Part shown: piece after piece, positions 1 to 13,047 of the stretch
How positions within the stretch are numbered: position 1 is the stretch's first letter
How the letters are laid out: every line of letters begins with the position of its first letter
Assembly (NCBI GenBank): GCA_047495785.1
Contig: JBLDXI010000013.1
Coordinates: forward strand, 3,596,001-3,660,000
Origin: Lepidodermella squamata
Lineage: Eukaryota > Animalia > Gastrotricha
Reading direction: 5' to 3'
DNA: 64,000 nucleotides
Program-made: the position numbers and the translations under genes
Notes under the pieces: generated by a model
Database searches by the model: none
Seen by the model: the letters and a program-made list of their open reading frames with translations, nothing else
Told to the model about the DNA's origin: nothing

Positions 1-1669
1 AAGTTGACAACATCGCCAATTTGGAAAGGGCTCTTCGACGGCGTGATTTGTTTAGCATTGCATGGCACGATCGGTAGCTTACATGTTATAGCTGTTATTT
101 GAGACGCAAAAGCATTAAATAGGATGATGTGAAATAGGTTTTAGCTTACGCTTTGGTTTGCATGTGAATGCAGGCTTTGTCCAAGTGCCGTCGCTTTGGC
201 ACGACACCTGGGCACATGATGTATCACTGCATGTCGCTGTAATGTCGTAGCCAGGCTTGCATTCATAAGTTATACACTCGTCGACCATAAATTTGCCATC
301 CGATGGCAGTTGCGAGATTTCCTAATGAAATTCAAATCTTGGAATGGCTGAATTTTGATATAATCCAAGCACAAACCACAGCACCCGGTGGCGGCTGAGG
401 CATGGTACAAGGGAACAAGTTAGTCGGAAGAGTTGCCGGGCCTTCATGAGGACCATTTCCTGTAGCGTTGCAAACAATTGTAGCTGGTGACCAAGTTCCA
501 TCCGGCTTGCAAATCAGCCTAAATATCGGGTTGTAATCGGTTAACTGTTGGGGCAAAATTTACTTCTCCACGGCTGGTTGAATAAAACCTGGGCTGCATC
601 CAATGACGATGTCACATCCGACGGGAAATGTGACCTGTTGACTAAGGATTTGAGTGTTTGGCGGCAGAACCGGCGGGGAGCAGCTGCTAGCTATACTTCC
701 ATCTTTCACGCAGTAAACATTCGAAGTTGACCTAGGAACGATTTTGGGATTAGAGGGTTAGTAGCGAAGTTTGACAAACCAGTTGCCACTAGTCATGCAA
801 GCTACTCGTCCCTCGCCAACCTTTCGGTAGCCATCGTTACAGGCGTATTGCACTATAGATCCGACCGGGTAATTCCCATCCAGCGCAGCCGGTGGAATGC
901 TAAAAAAGATGTAATGATCCCGAAAATCGTTAGTTTCGGTTATAGTTTATACCTTTGAATAACGCCGTTACTTGGAGTCCTTGAACTCGGAATCGGAGGG
1001 CATCTTCCCTTTCCGGGCACTGGCTTCGACGTAGGCAGGCTCTTAGTTGTAGTCTGCCGTGTATTGCCGGACATTGGCGTAGCAGAAGTTGAAGGCGCCG
1101 CATTAGGATCTGGTGTTGAGACACCGGCTAGACAAGCTGATGGAAGAAATAGATTACGGCCGAAACAGCGCGGGGAAGAAAGAGGCTCGCAAATGCCAGG
1201 GTGAGTCAACTGGGCTGGTATTGTGACAGCAGGAATAGCCCCGGGGACCCAAGAGCAATTGGGATCTCCAAGTTCCTAAACCGAAATTTCTCAACATTTC
1301 CTTTCTTGGCTATAGAAAGGCATTACTTGGCCATTCGTTCTACCATCGCCGTCGCTATCCAGCCGGCATAGACCAACCTGCCATCTACTCCCAGCGGCTT
1401 TGAAGTCAATGCCGAAAGGGTTTAGATTGCCACCGCCATCTACCAACTCATGACCAACTTGAAATTAAAGCGTTTTTTTCAGAATAAAAAAACAAATTTG
1501 AGCGATGATATATACCTCCTTGCCATGTAAGATTTCTGTTGCATGGGTTTGGCACACGTGCGCCATTTGGCAGAAGGTTCTGAAACTTGGGCAGGCTGAA
1601 AACCGCGGGGACTAATGTACAGCTGAACAGAAAGAGAAAAAACTTCGTACAAAAAGTCATTTTTTTCAT
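1..1669 (-). CDS. 5' part of the left copy of the Temptin-Sushi gene (continues beyond the window start)
   Basis: Matches 8522-10190. Confidence 0.9.
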
Positions 1670-2054
1670 CAACAGAAATATATCGTGTTCAGAGGCAGAA
1701 ACAAAATTTCAGTACAAAATGCGATATATATGTTGGTTGGGGAGGGGTGGCCACGCATTAACGCATCGCCGTGGAATCTTCTTTTCAGTAACATGGCTAA
1801 TATCTTTATTGATATGTACATCAGCATTTTATTAACGTAGGGGTGACGGTTTCGTGCGCGAAACTGCGCCCAGGTTTAATGACAGAAAAAAAACGTGTGA
1901 GATATATTAAAACTAACGTTTCGGTGCGTTTCGCCCTTGTGTAATAAGAATCCAGCATATGAAAAACCGCAGAATATTCCTTTCAGAGAGTTTAGAACAA
2001 CCAATTGTTGTTTACTTGCTATAAGGCAAGTTCATGAGATTCCAGATGTTTAGT

Positions 2055-2597
2055 TCAAATCGATGCATACGAACTAACAGGCGTTTCTTGAATGGGATTG
2101 TCACTGCAGAAATTAGCAATCGGAGACGCCAGAATCATCAACAGCCGGAAGCCGTGGAAGAATAGGCTCATAAACGGCAGATAACTTGAGAATGATATCG
2201 GAAGTTCTTGAGTCCAATAGAAGACTATCGAAAGCAGCGCGGTTGTACAACAGGAGCTGAGTAACATTGCGATTGACACGAACGTCTTGAAACGACCTGT
2301 GTGGAAAGGGATATATTATTCTTCACGAAATATAAACATGAGTAGATGCCAACTGGGTAGGTCTGACGAACAGCATTGCATTAATATTGCGAAGCCAAAT
2401 TCCACGATTCCAATCAAAATCACGCTGCACGTGATGATGAAAGTTTCCTGAAGAATCCAGTGTTCTGCAACAGGGGCTGTTTTACGAACACCCGCCAATT
2501 CGGATAGGAACCACAGTTCAAAGATAACTGAGCCGATTGTTAGCGAGAAGAATACGTTGCAGAGCTTCTTCAATGTAGAATTCCACGGCAAGCACAT
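2055..2597 (-). CDS. Four-TM family member (2 exons, phase-1 intron ~2298-2353); identical copy at 10576-11118
   Basis: Two hydrophobic helices per exon; TM2 'GIVEFGF', TM4 'FHGFRL'; acceptor ccacacag. Confidence 0.7.
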
Positions 2598-3581
2598 TTC
2601 GAAGCTATGTCGATTGATCAGGAAAAATATAGGAATCCTTGAACTCGACTCCCACCTTGTGCCTTATGGACAACAACTCCTTGTCTGCAGCTGATAGTAA
2701 AAAGGCCTCAAATTATAATACAAGTATGTTGCCATTTTATTGCTTTTAAGCTGTCATGATTTCCACTTGAACGATTTTTGGGACTTCGTAGGCACTGTAT
2801 ATAAATTCGAAATTAAATTCCTTTACGTCGCGGTTTTGCGGTCACATGTGAGACGTGGTCAGTGCGGTGATATGAAAATTACGGAATTGCATGAGGCACA
2901 CGAGTCGCCTTTGAAAAAGGGGGTTCCTAAAGCGGTTTCAATAAGACAAATGATTCCAACGATGCCCTCCTTTATGGAAGTACATTGCACAAAGTTGCCA
3001 AACTGTCTCATTAGAAGCCATTTGCCACTTGCGGCGGTTCCCGTCCGCGCGACTCATTTGCGTACCCGAGAAGCATCGATTGGTTGCCGGCGGATAGCGA
3101 TCGAGGTTTGAGCTTCGTGAACCGCCACTGTTAACATCAAGAAGACCAAGAAGATTGTCACCAGTTCAACCACTCGAGATTTTGCGGCGACAAATCTGAC
3201 AGAGCCGATAGAGAGTCGTACTCTCTAGAATGTCGTACTCTACCTCTTTCCGAAGATTTTTCAAGTCTTTCCGCAACTTGTGAACATCAGTTTATTCTGG
3301 AATCAACACACTAGACCTGTCACGCAATCGCTTGAACCAAGGCTGAACATTTTTTTGTAAATAAAAAAGTAAACTTGATTTTGCTCGACACGCTTCATGC
3401 CTGCGCACCATGTAAGAGTCGAGCAGATCGCGTCGTTAGGCAGTGAGACAATCTTCCTGTTTATTCGATATTCAATAAGACCTAGGCTATATTCAGTCAA
3501 CTGATAGGGTTTCTAAAGGAATCGCGAATCTCTTGATCTGTCTTGTTGGTTAGGCGGCATCCGCCGATTTTGCATCAGTTC

Positions 3582-4059
3582 TTAGACTGACCCATCCGTC
3601 ATCTGTTCTGCTAGTTCACATTGCTCAATTGATTTGTTGTATCTGCGTACCATCCGAATGCCGTATAGTACGTCAATAATCGCTGCTATCACGGAGACCA
3701 TGAAAGATCGCTCTACTAAAGCATTGATCATGAAAGCGAGCATCACGATGACCATCGCCACTAGCAAAAATTGCCTTATAGCAGCACTTACTGCTATCCC
3801 TTTGCCTTAGAGAAGAAAAACGAAAATGACAATTGGTATGTAATATAAGCAAATATAAGATGTTTTTTGGTCATCAAAGCTTACAAAAAAACTTACATCC
3901 TTTTTTCAAAACGAGCTTCGCTAAGATGCAAGTATGGCAACATTCGATGATGGACACAACTCCAGTTACCACAAATCCCCAGATCAGTTTGTCCCCCCAC
4001 GAAATCCCGACTATTACACCAATAACTGCCAGTATCAGGATGGCAAATTTCGCAGCCAT
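3582..4059 (-). CDS. Four-TM family member (2 exons); identical copy at 12103-12580
   Basis: MAAKFAILILAVIGVIVGISWGDKLIWGFVVTGVVSIIECC... gtaagt donor; exon 2 ...IIDVLYGIRM. Confidence 0.75.
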
Positions 4060-4526
4060 ATAAACGCTGGAAATTGATCCGGAGACGATAATTTGTATCG
4101 CTGATCGCTCGATGGAAAAATTACTCTAGACGGCGGAGATAAAATTCCGGCTTTCAAAAGTGCTTCTACAATGTCACAAATTTCAATTTTGCAACAACCC
4201 ATGGTCATAAAATATGGAATTTTACGATTGGCGCACATGGTCAGAGGCTGTTCTGCAAAACAATTTCCGGAGTTCATAAATAATCAAGCTTTATTTGTTT
4301 CCTTCAAGCAAATCATTTTCTTTTGGTTATGCATTGAGAATGCTGTCGGCTGTGTGGTCGCCTATTAATATTGGACATTATACAGAGTGAGGAGGCATAA
4401 GCAAAAATAAGGGCAAGGGAGACTTCATGTTTCTCCGATAAAGTAGTCTTTGAAGAATTATCAATTCTGATTCTGGGGTTTCGAAACGATGCTTAGGTTC
4501 AGCAACCGTTGAGATCCCCTCAGTTC

Positions 4527-5064
4527 CTAGGCTGACGCATACAGCAATTCGGTTTTCTCTTCAGATTGCTCAGGTGTTTGTTTACATTTGCGCATCATCC
4601 GTATTAAATATATCATGTCAATAATCAGTAATATCACGAAGATCAACAAAGCTCCCTCGAAAAAGGCGAAAATCGAGGAAATGAGGATCGTGATGAACAT
4701 CGCCAGTAGAGAATAAGGCCCAAAAGCGGTTCCAATCGACATGCCTTCAAAAGAAACAGAAAAACCGTACCGAAAATAATGAAATTAATTGTATAAATAT
4801 GTTAGTTCTATAGACGCGAAGAATTTCAGAGCAATCACAAGCATGTCGCCTGTCAAGTGACACTTCATTTTAATCGAAATTGCGATAGATTGATACCGCG
4901 CCAACATTTTTGAACAGTTCAAGTTTTCAAGCTTGAAAATACTGCTTAAAAGGCTCATCATCAGTTTGCTACATTCTTTCTGGAAAATCCTGTAAATTTA
5001 GATCTTATTCCCACAGCCCACAGAACAACAGCGGATTTTCGGTTATCATTATTACAGTTTTCAA
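4527..5064 (-). pseudogene. 5'-truncated copy of the four-TM gene at 13048-13753 (exon 2 plus intron only)
   Basis: Exon 2 matches 13048-13265; exon 1 and the GTAAG donor (13586-13590) lie just outside the duplicated unit. Confidence 0.85.
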
Positions 5065-5175
5065 ATCTTGAAATTCAAAAATTCGTAAAAAAATCCAACT
5101 CAAAATGTAGCTCAAAATGTAATTATCCTTCGTAATGTGTAACTTTATTTGAATCGTTCGAAACTCCTTTGAAAA

Positions 5176-5702
5176 ATGTATTGCCAAAAACGCGACCGAT
5201 CGACGTCGAGAAGCCGGCAGCAGGCAACGCCGGACAACGTTTACAGCTTCGACGAGATCAGGCAAGCGATGGAGAAGGCTGGAGAGCCAGTGAAAACAGT
5301 TGCTTATCCCAAGGTTGATATGAAATCTGCAGACACTGAAACCGAAATGGCGAAGTACTACAACAATCGCGAGCCGATCACCACGCGCAAGTTAACATTT
5401 TCCAATAGCCAAGACACTCCGCAACCGATCGGTTCGACCATCAGCAGGTATGATGTTAGAATTACTAACAAATTTTCCTAATTTTTTTTCTATGATTTTC
5501 TAGTTATGCTCGTTCGCGGCTGCTAGACGATCTTTCCGCTTCGAGTCCTTCGAGCAGCTCCAGAAATATCACTCCAGATGACCTGAAAATGAATAAATTT
5601 ACAGCTTCATCTTCGAACAGCCTTCCGCTAGCTACTCGCCGCAATCGATCTCGAAGCCGCAGTAAATCAAGAAAGCGATTTAGGTCAACTAAGAGAAATT
5701 GA
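5176..5702 (+). CDS. Small Ser/Arg-rich basic protein of unknown function (2 exons: 5176-5447, 5504-5702); may be 5'-incomplete
   Basis: AAAAATG start; intron gtatga...ttttctag; C-terminus RRNRSRSRSKSRKRFRSTKRN*; AATAAA downstream. Confidence 0.6.
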
Positions 5703-6744
5703 AGACAAATTAGTGGAAAATGGTCTCAAAGTTTCTCTTAAAGAAACAAATTGAGGATGGTAAATAAAATAAGCTTTCATGAAGTTATCAGTAATTTTGA
5801 AAGTCACTTTTATCATCCGGAGTTCAAGTCCGAAAACTGAACACTAATTTACCTGGCAGTGGAATTTCATTTTCAGTTTTTAGATTTTTTTCCGGAATAA
5901 TTCTCAGTCGAGCGAAGAGGGCAAAAAATATATTTGAGCAGTTAATCATTAGGTAGCAAAATGTCGCGATAATTCAGAAATAAAAAATGCACCTTAATGG
6001 AATGATGAGCAATAATTGTAAAATTGGTTAAAATCGAGCACGGAATTTTTTTCAAACTCGAAATGGCATCACAGCGTTGTCGCGATCATCGTTTGATTCA
6101 TTGCTACCATTGCTCATGGGGCCGCGTCGATGTTGAAAAGTAAGTATGGCAAACCAAACACTTAGCCAATGAGGCTCGCTCATATTTTCCGTTTAAAGAC
6201 CGCTCCAAGTTCAATGGCCTAGCAACATTCAAAATACAAATCGCCAAAATAAATCCGGCGAGCGGAACGCAGACAAGCAATTAGCTGGCAGTTCGGCTGA
6301 ATCTTTCCAGGTCGACGACATGGAAAAGCTGGCTCAGGTGCTGGAAAATTCAAGACAAATCCGCCCAATGCCTCGCAGGATTTTAAAATTGTCGCGACCG
6401 AGAATCAGCAGTCAGCCGAGTAAAGAAAATTAAACAAAAATCGAGATCTAGCGCCAGAATACTGAGTCAAAATGAACAATAAACATGATCAAAAACAATT
6501 TCAATAATTGATTTTTTGATTTTTCATTGTCAAGAAAGAGATAGTTCGGAGAGAGGTGGATGTTGGGGTTCAAGATTTTTTAGTTAAATGTCAAATTTCG
6601 AAAAAATCTTCCTTATTTTTATCTTCTCTCTGATTACCACTTATTGTTACGTCATCCAATCGCCGTCGTGTTCTATAAAACGACGACAACATAATACGCC
6701 TAAATTTTTCACTCACCCTCTTATGTGATTTTACACTCCGGAGA

Positions 6745-7343
6745 ATGAGCCTTCGATCGACCATCAGATTTCACCTATTAGCAAAAGCGTGCTGCGGACT
6801 ACTTGCTGTTTTGACGCTCATCTTCGCCGCCGCTGGCCTAGTTCTTACTGAGTATCATGACAAATTTCGAGGCGATAAAGTCTATTTCATCACTGGCTTC
6901 GCGATCGCAACAGCTTCGGCAGTTGTCGAGCTGTTTTTCGGCTGTTTTATCAACGAAATTACCCTTGGCCTGAATTTTTGTAATTAAATAATTTCAATTG
7001 AATTTCTTTTATTTTTCCAATTTCTTCAGGTGAATTTGTTGCCATGGGCGTGGTATTTATGGCCTCGGTTTTCAGCTTCATCGTTCTCGCAATGGCTATA
7101 TCAAGCGGGTCACTTATTGCTCAATCAAGCGCAGCAGGGTGTATCAACGGCTACGGCTGTGCCAACATTGTAGCAATCATCTGCTTAGCCCTATACGGCG
7201 TTCGCCTCATCGCTGCAGTAGTCGGTCTCGTCATCGCTATAACAGCCCTTATTTCATTTTGCTGCCTTGTCGCGAACGCTACGTCATTCGCAAGTGCTGT
7301 TGTATATCGACACGATGAATGCGGTGCGAATGATCACATTTGA
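6745..7343 (+). CDS. Four-TM family member (2 exons)
   Basis: DKFRGDKVYFITGF...VVELFF | ...AGCINGYGCANIVAIICLALYGVRL; AATAAA at 7344. Confidence 0.8.
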
Positions 7344-7407
7344 AATAAAAAACTGGTTTTTTACTGACATTTATAATTAGATTGAAAAATGCTGGTAATA
7401 ATTTTTT

Positions 7408-10190
7408 TTAACATGAGCATTGAGGCATTGCAGTCCACGTGCCGTCGTCATTGCAGATAATTTTCGAATCACCTATCATTTTGAAGCCGGTATAACAGCG
7501 GTAGACGAAAAAGCTGCCAGGCTTGTACACAGCCAAAGGATCGTCTATTCAAGAAATAATCGCTTTAGTCTGTTACCCTGTTTGCATACTCAACTTACTT
7601 CCATTGTATAAAATGTTTTCACTGACAATCTGAGAATAAGCCGGAGTTACAGGCTGGCTGCAGCGAGGTAAGCCAGGACTTGGAGGCCTAGTCGAGGAAG
7701 GCCCAGCAACGGGTGTTGTAGTCGGGACGGGCGTGGGTGCAGGGGGTGGCGGCGTTGGTGAGGGGGTCGGGGATGGCGTGGGTGGCAGGGTTTGCGTGGG
7801 CGCTGGAGTTGGCGCTGGTGTAGGTGCTTGAGTCGTTGGCCTAGTAGTTGGCGGCTGGGTGGCTGGAGCAGAGCCAAATCTAGCCGCTCGGCCAGGCTCA
7901 CAAACGTAGGTAGCTCCACTCCATGTACCATCGTCCAAACACGTCAATATACCAGTCTCGTAGTTATCACCAATGCACGCGTCTTTGTTTTGAGGTTAAA
8001 CTTCATATTTCATCAAGCGAAGAGACTTACATTCAATGAACTCGCCGATATTCATCACAGTATCTGAGCCGGCGGCAGATGTTAAAGGTGGGCCTTGTGG
8101 AACTTTGCAGCAACCTGGTTGGATCTGCTCTGTTTTCACCCCCTTCCCACTTGCTAGAACGCTTTGAGATGCGCTCTGGCAATACATAGCATTCGAGGTC
8201 CAGGTTCCATCAGCTTGACACCGCACTGTGCCCCAGATTGTAAAACCCTTCTGACAAGTGTATTGGACCTGGCAAATAATCCGTGACAAACCAGAATTGT
8301 AAATGACAATGGGACGCACCTTTTCACTTGTGTTGTAGCGGCTAGCAAGCGGAGCGCCGTTGTTCGACATGACTAGAGAATTTCGAGGCAGCTCCGGTTG
8401 CGGGCAGGTAGACTTAACAGGTGTACGTTTGCATTCCATCTTACTATCAGTCCAATTTCCAGTAGGTTGACACGTGACATTCGTACCACCCGAAACAAGA
8501 TTGAAGCCATCAACGCATTGAAAGTTGACAACATCGCCAATTTGGAAAGGGCTCTTCGACGGCGTGATTTGTTTAGCATTGCATGGCACGATCGGTAGCT
8601 TACATGTTATAGCTGTTATTTGAGACGCAAAAGCATTAAATAGGATGATGTGAAATAGGTTTTAGCTTACGCTTTGGTTTGCATGTGAATGCAGGCTTTG
8701 TCCAAGTGCCGTCGCTTTGGCACGACACCTGGGCACATGATGTATCACTGCATGTCGCTGTAATGTCGTAGCCAGGCTTGCATTCATAAGTTATACACTC
8801 GTCGACCATAAATTTGCCATCCGATGGCAGTTGCGAGATTTCCTAATGAAATTCAAATCTTGGAATGGCTGAATTTTGATATAATCCAAGCACAAACCAC
8901 AGCACCCGGTGGCGGCTGAGGCATGGTACAAGGGAACAAGTTAGTCGGAAGAGTTGCCGGGCCTTCATGAGGACCATTTCCTGTAGCGTTGCAAACAATT
9001 GTAGCTGGTGACCAAGTTCCATCCGGCTTGCAAATCAGCCTAAATATCGGGTTGTAATCGGTTAACTGTTGGGGCAAAATTTACTTCTCCACGGCTGGTT
9101 GAATAAAACCTGGGCTGCATCCAATGACGATGTCACATCCGACGGGAAATGTGACCTGTTGACTAAGGATTTGAGTGTTTGGCGGCAGAACCGGCGGGGA
9201 GCAGCTGCTAGCTATACTTCCATCTTTCACGCAGTAAACATTCGAAGTTGACCTAGGAACGATTTTGGGATTAGAGGGTTAGTAGCGAAGTTTGACAAAC
9301 CAGTTGCCACTAGTCATGCAAGCTACTCGTCCCTCGCCAACCTTTCGGTAGCCATCGTTACAGGCGTATTGCACTATAGATCCGACCGGGTAATTCCCAT
9401 CCAGCGCAGCCGGTGGAATGCTAAAAAAGATGTAATGATCCCGAAAATCGTTAGTTTCGGTTATAGTTTATACCTTTGAATAACGCCGTTACTTGGAGTC
9501 CTTGAACTCGGAATCGGAGGGCATCTTCCCTTTCCGGGCACTGGCTTCGACGTAGGCAGGCTCTTAGTTGTAGTCTGCCGTGTATTGCCGGACATTGGCG
9601 TAGCAGAAGTTGAAGGCGCCGCATTAGGATCTGGTGTTGAGACACCGGCTAGACAAGCTGATGGAAGAAATAGATTACGGCCGAAACAGCGCGGGGAAGA
9701 AAGAGGCTCGCAAATGCCAGGGTGAGTCAACTGGGCTGGTATTGTGACAGCAGGAATAGCCCCGGGGACCCAAGAGCAATTGGGATCTCCAAGTTCCTAA
9801 ACCGAAATTTCTCAACATTTCCTTTCTTGGCTATAGAAAGGCATTACTTGGCCATTCGTTCTACCATCGCCGTCGCTATCCAGCCGGCATAGACCAACCT
9901 GCCATCTACTCCCAGCGGCTTTGAAGTCAATGCCGAAAGGGTTTAGATTGCCACCGCCATCTACCAACTCATGACCAACTTGAAATTAAAGCGTTTTTTT
10001 CAGAATAAAAAAACAAATTTGAGCGATGATATATACCTCCTTGCCATGTAAGATTTCTGTTGCATGGGTTTGGCACACGTGCGCCATTTGGCAGAAGGTT
10101 CTGAAACTTGGGCAGGCTGAAAACCGCGGGGACTAATGTACAGCTGAACAGAAAGAGAAAAAACTTCGTACAAAAAGTCATTTTTTTCAT
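7408..10190 (-). CDS. Secreted protein: signal peptide + Temptin-like domain + Pro/Thr-rich linkers + 7 Sushi/CCP domains; multi-exon, no TM segment
   Basis: Spliced translation MKKMTFCTKFFLFLFSCTLVPAVFS-LPKFQNLLPNGARVPNPC...WQG|VGHELVDGGGNLNPFGIDFKAAG...LCRLDSDGDGRTNGQ|ELGDPNCSW...THPGICEP carries Temptin signatures (PNG, GVGH, NPFG.DF, DSDGDG.TNG.ELGDP.C.W, HPG.CEP). Seven C...Y/F.C..G(Y/F)...C...G.W...C repeats follow; ends PQCSC* (TAA 7408-7410). Confidence 0.88.
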
Positions 10191-10575
10191 CAACAGAAAT
10201 ATATCGTGTTCAGAGGCAGAAACAAAATTTCAGTACAAAATGCGATATATATGTTGGTTGGGGAGGGGTGGCCACGCATTAACGCATCGCCGTGGAATCT
10301 TCTTTTCAGTAACATGGCTAATATCTTTATTGATATGTACATCAGCATTTTATTAACGTAGGGGTGACGGTTTCGTGCGCGAAACTGCGCCCAGGTTTAA
10401 TGACAGAAAAAAAACGTGTGAGATATATTAAAACTAACGTTTCGGTGCGTTTCGCCCTTGTGTAATAAGAATCCAGCATATGAAAAACCGCAGAATATTC
10501 CTTTCAGAGAGTTTAGAACAACCAATTGTTGTTTACTTGCTATAAGGCAAGTTCATGAGATTCCAGATGTTTAGT

Positions 10576-11118
10576 TCAAATCGATGCATACGAACTAACA
10601 GGCGTTTCTTGAATGGGATTGTCACTGCAGAAATTAGCAATCGGAGACGCCAGAATCATCAACAGCCGGAAGCCGTGGAAGAATAGGCTCATAAACGGCA
10701 GATAACTTGAGAATGATATCGGAAGTTCTTGAGTCCAATAGAAGACTATCGAAAGCAGCGCGGTTGTACAACAGGAGCTGAGTAACATTGCGATTGACAC
10801 GAACGTCTTGAAACGACCTGTGTGGAAAGGGATATATTATTCTTCACGAAATATAAACATGAGTAGATGCCAACTGGGTAGGTCTGACGAACAGCATTGC
10901 ATTAATATTGCGAAGCCAAATTCCACGATTCCAATCAAAATCACGCTGCACGTGATGATGAAAGTTTCCTGAAGAATCCAGTGTTCTGCAACAGGGGCTG
11001 TTTTACGAACACCCGCCAATTCGGATAGGAACCACAGTTCAAAGATAACTGAGCCGATTGTTAGCGAGAAGAATACGTTGCAGAGCTTCTTCAATGTAGA
11101 ATTCCACGGCAAGCACAT
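10576..11118 (-). CDS. Four-TM family member (duplicate of 2055-2597)
   Basis: Same translation at +8521. Confidence 0.7.
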
Positions 11119-12102
11119 TTCGAAGCTATGTCGATTGATCAGGAAAAATATAGGAATCCTTGAACTCGACTCCCACCTTGTGCCTTATGGACAACAACTC
11201 CTTGTCTGCAGCTGATAGTAAAAAGGCCTCAAATTATAATACAAGTATGTTGCCATTTTATTGCTTTTAAGCTGTCATGATTTCCACTTGAACGATTTTT
11301 GGGACTTCGTAGGCACTGTATATAAATTCGAAATTAAATTCCTTTACGTCGCGGTTTTGCGGTCACATGTGAGACGTGGTCAGTGCGGTGATATGAAAAT
11401 TACGGAATTGCATGAGGCACACGAGTCGCCTTTGAAAAAGGGGGTTCCTAAAGCGGTTTCAATAAGACAAATGATTCCAACGATGCCCTCCTTTATGGAA
11501 GTACATTGCACAAAGTTGCCAAACTGTCTCATTAGAAGCCATTTGCCACTTGCGGCGGTTCCCGTCCGCGCGACTCATTTGCGTACCCGAGAAGCATCGA
11601 TTGGTTGCCGGCGGATAGCGATCGAGGTTTGAGCTTCGTGAACCGCCACTGTTAACATCAAGAAGACCAAGAAGATTGTCACCAGTTCAACCACTCGAGA
11701 TTTTGCGGCGACAAATCTGACAGAGCCGATAGAGAGTCGTACTCTCTAGAATGTCGTACTCTACCTCTTTCCGAAGATTTTTCAAGTCTTTCCGCAACTT
11801 GTGAACATCAGTTTATTCTGGAATCAACACACTAGACCTGTCACGCAATCGCTTGAACCAAGGCTGAACATTTTTTTGTAAATAAAAAAGTAAACTTGAT
11901 TTTGCTCGACACGCTTCATGCCTGCGCACCATGTAAGAGTCGAGCAGATCGCGTCGTTAGGCAGTGAGACAATCTTCCTGTTTATTCGATATTCAATAAG
12001 ACCTAGGCTATATTCAGTCAACTGATAGGGTTTCTAAAGGAATCGCGAATCTCTTGATCTGTCTTGTTGGTTAGGCGGCATCCGCCGATTTTGCATCAGT
12101 TC

Positions 12103-12580
12103 TTAGACTGACCCATCCGTCATCTGTTCTGCTAGTTCACATTGCTCAATTGATTTGTTGTATCTGCGTACCATCCGAATGCCGTATAGTACGTCAATAA
12201 TCGCTGCTATCACGGAGACCATGAAAGATCGCTCTACTAAAGCATTGATCATGAAAGCGAGCATCACGATGACCATCGCCACTAGCAAAAATTGCCTTAT
12301 AGCAGCACTTACTGCTATCCCTTTGCCTTAGAGAAGAAAAACGAAAATGACAATTGGTATGTAATATAAGCAAATATAAGATGTTTTTTGGTCATCAAAG
12401 CTTACAAAAAAACTTACATCCTTTTTTCAAAACGAGCTTCGCTAAGATGCAAGTATGGCAACATTCGATGATGGACACAACTCCAGTTACCACAAATCCC
12501 CAGATCAGTTTGTCCCCCCACGAAATCCCGACTATTACACCAATAACTGCCAGTATCAGGATGGCAAATTTCGCAGCCAT
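12103..12580 (-). CDS. Four-TM family member (duplicate of 3582-4059)
   Basis: Same translation at +8521. Confidence 0.75.
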
Positions 12581-13047
12581 ATAAACGCTGGAAATTGATC
12601 CGGAGACGATAATTTGTATCGCTGATCGCTCGATGGAAAAATTACTCTAGACGGCGGAGATAAAATTCCGGCTTTCAAAAGTGCTTCTACAATGTCACAA
12701 ATTTCAATTTTGCAACAACCCATGGTCATAAAATATGGAATTTTACGATTGGCGCACATGGTCAGAGGCTGTTCTGCAAAACAATTTCCGGAGTTCATAA
12801 ATAATCAAGCTTTATTTGTTTCCTTCAAGCAAATCATTTTCTTTTGGTTATGCATTGAGAATGCTGTCGGCTGTGTGGTCGCCTATTAATATTGGACATT
12901 ATACAGAGTGAGGAGGCATAAGCAAAAATAAGGGCAAGGGAGACTTCATGTTTCTCCGATAAAGTAGTCTTTGAAGAATTATCAATTCTGATTCTGGGGT
13001 TTCGAAACGATGCTTAGGTTCAGCAACCGTTGAGATCCCCTCAGTTC

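Noticed and set aside
2859-3290. Possible small secreted 4-Cys peptide gene on the minus strand (...LVTIFLVFLMLTVAVHEAQT...|FGNFVQCTS...SCASC...), also at +8521
   Set aside because: Splice sites are plausible, but I found no in-frame ATG ahead of the hydrophobic segment; unresolved without transcripts.
6063-6432. Possible small spliced gene on the plus strand
   Set aside because: Needs a non-canonical donor or contains a stop depending on frame; no recognisable motif.
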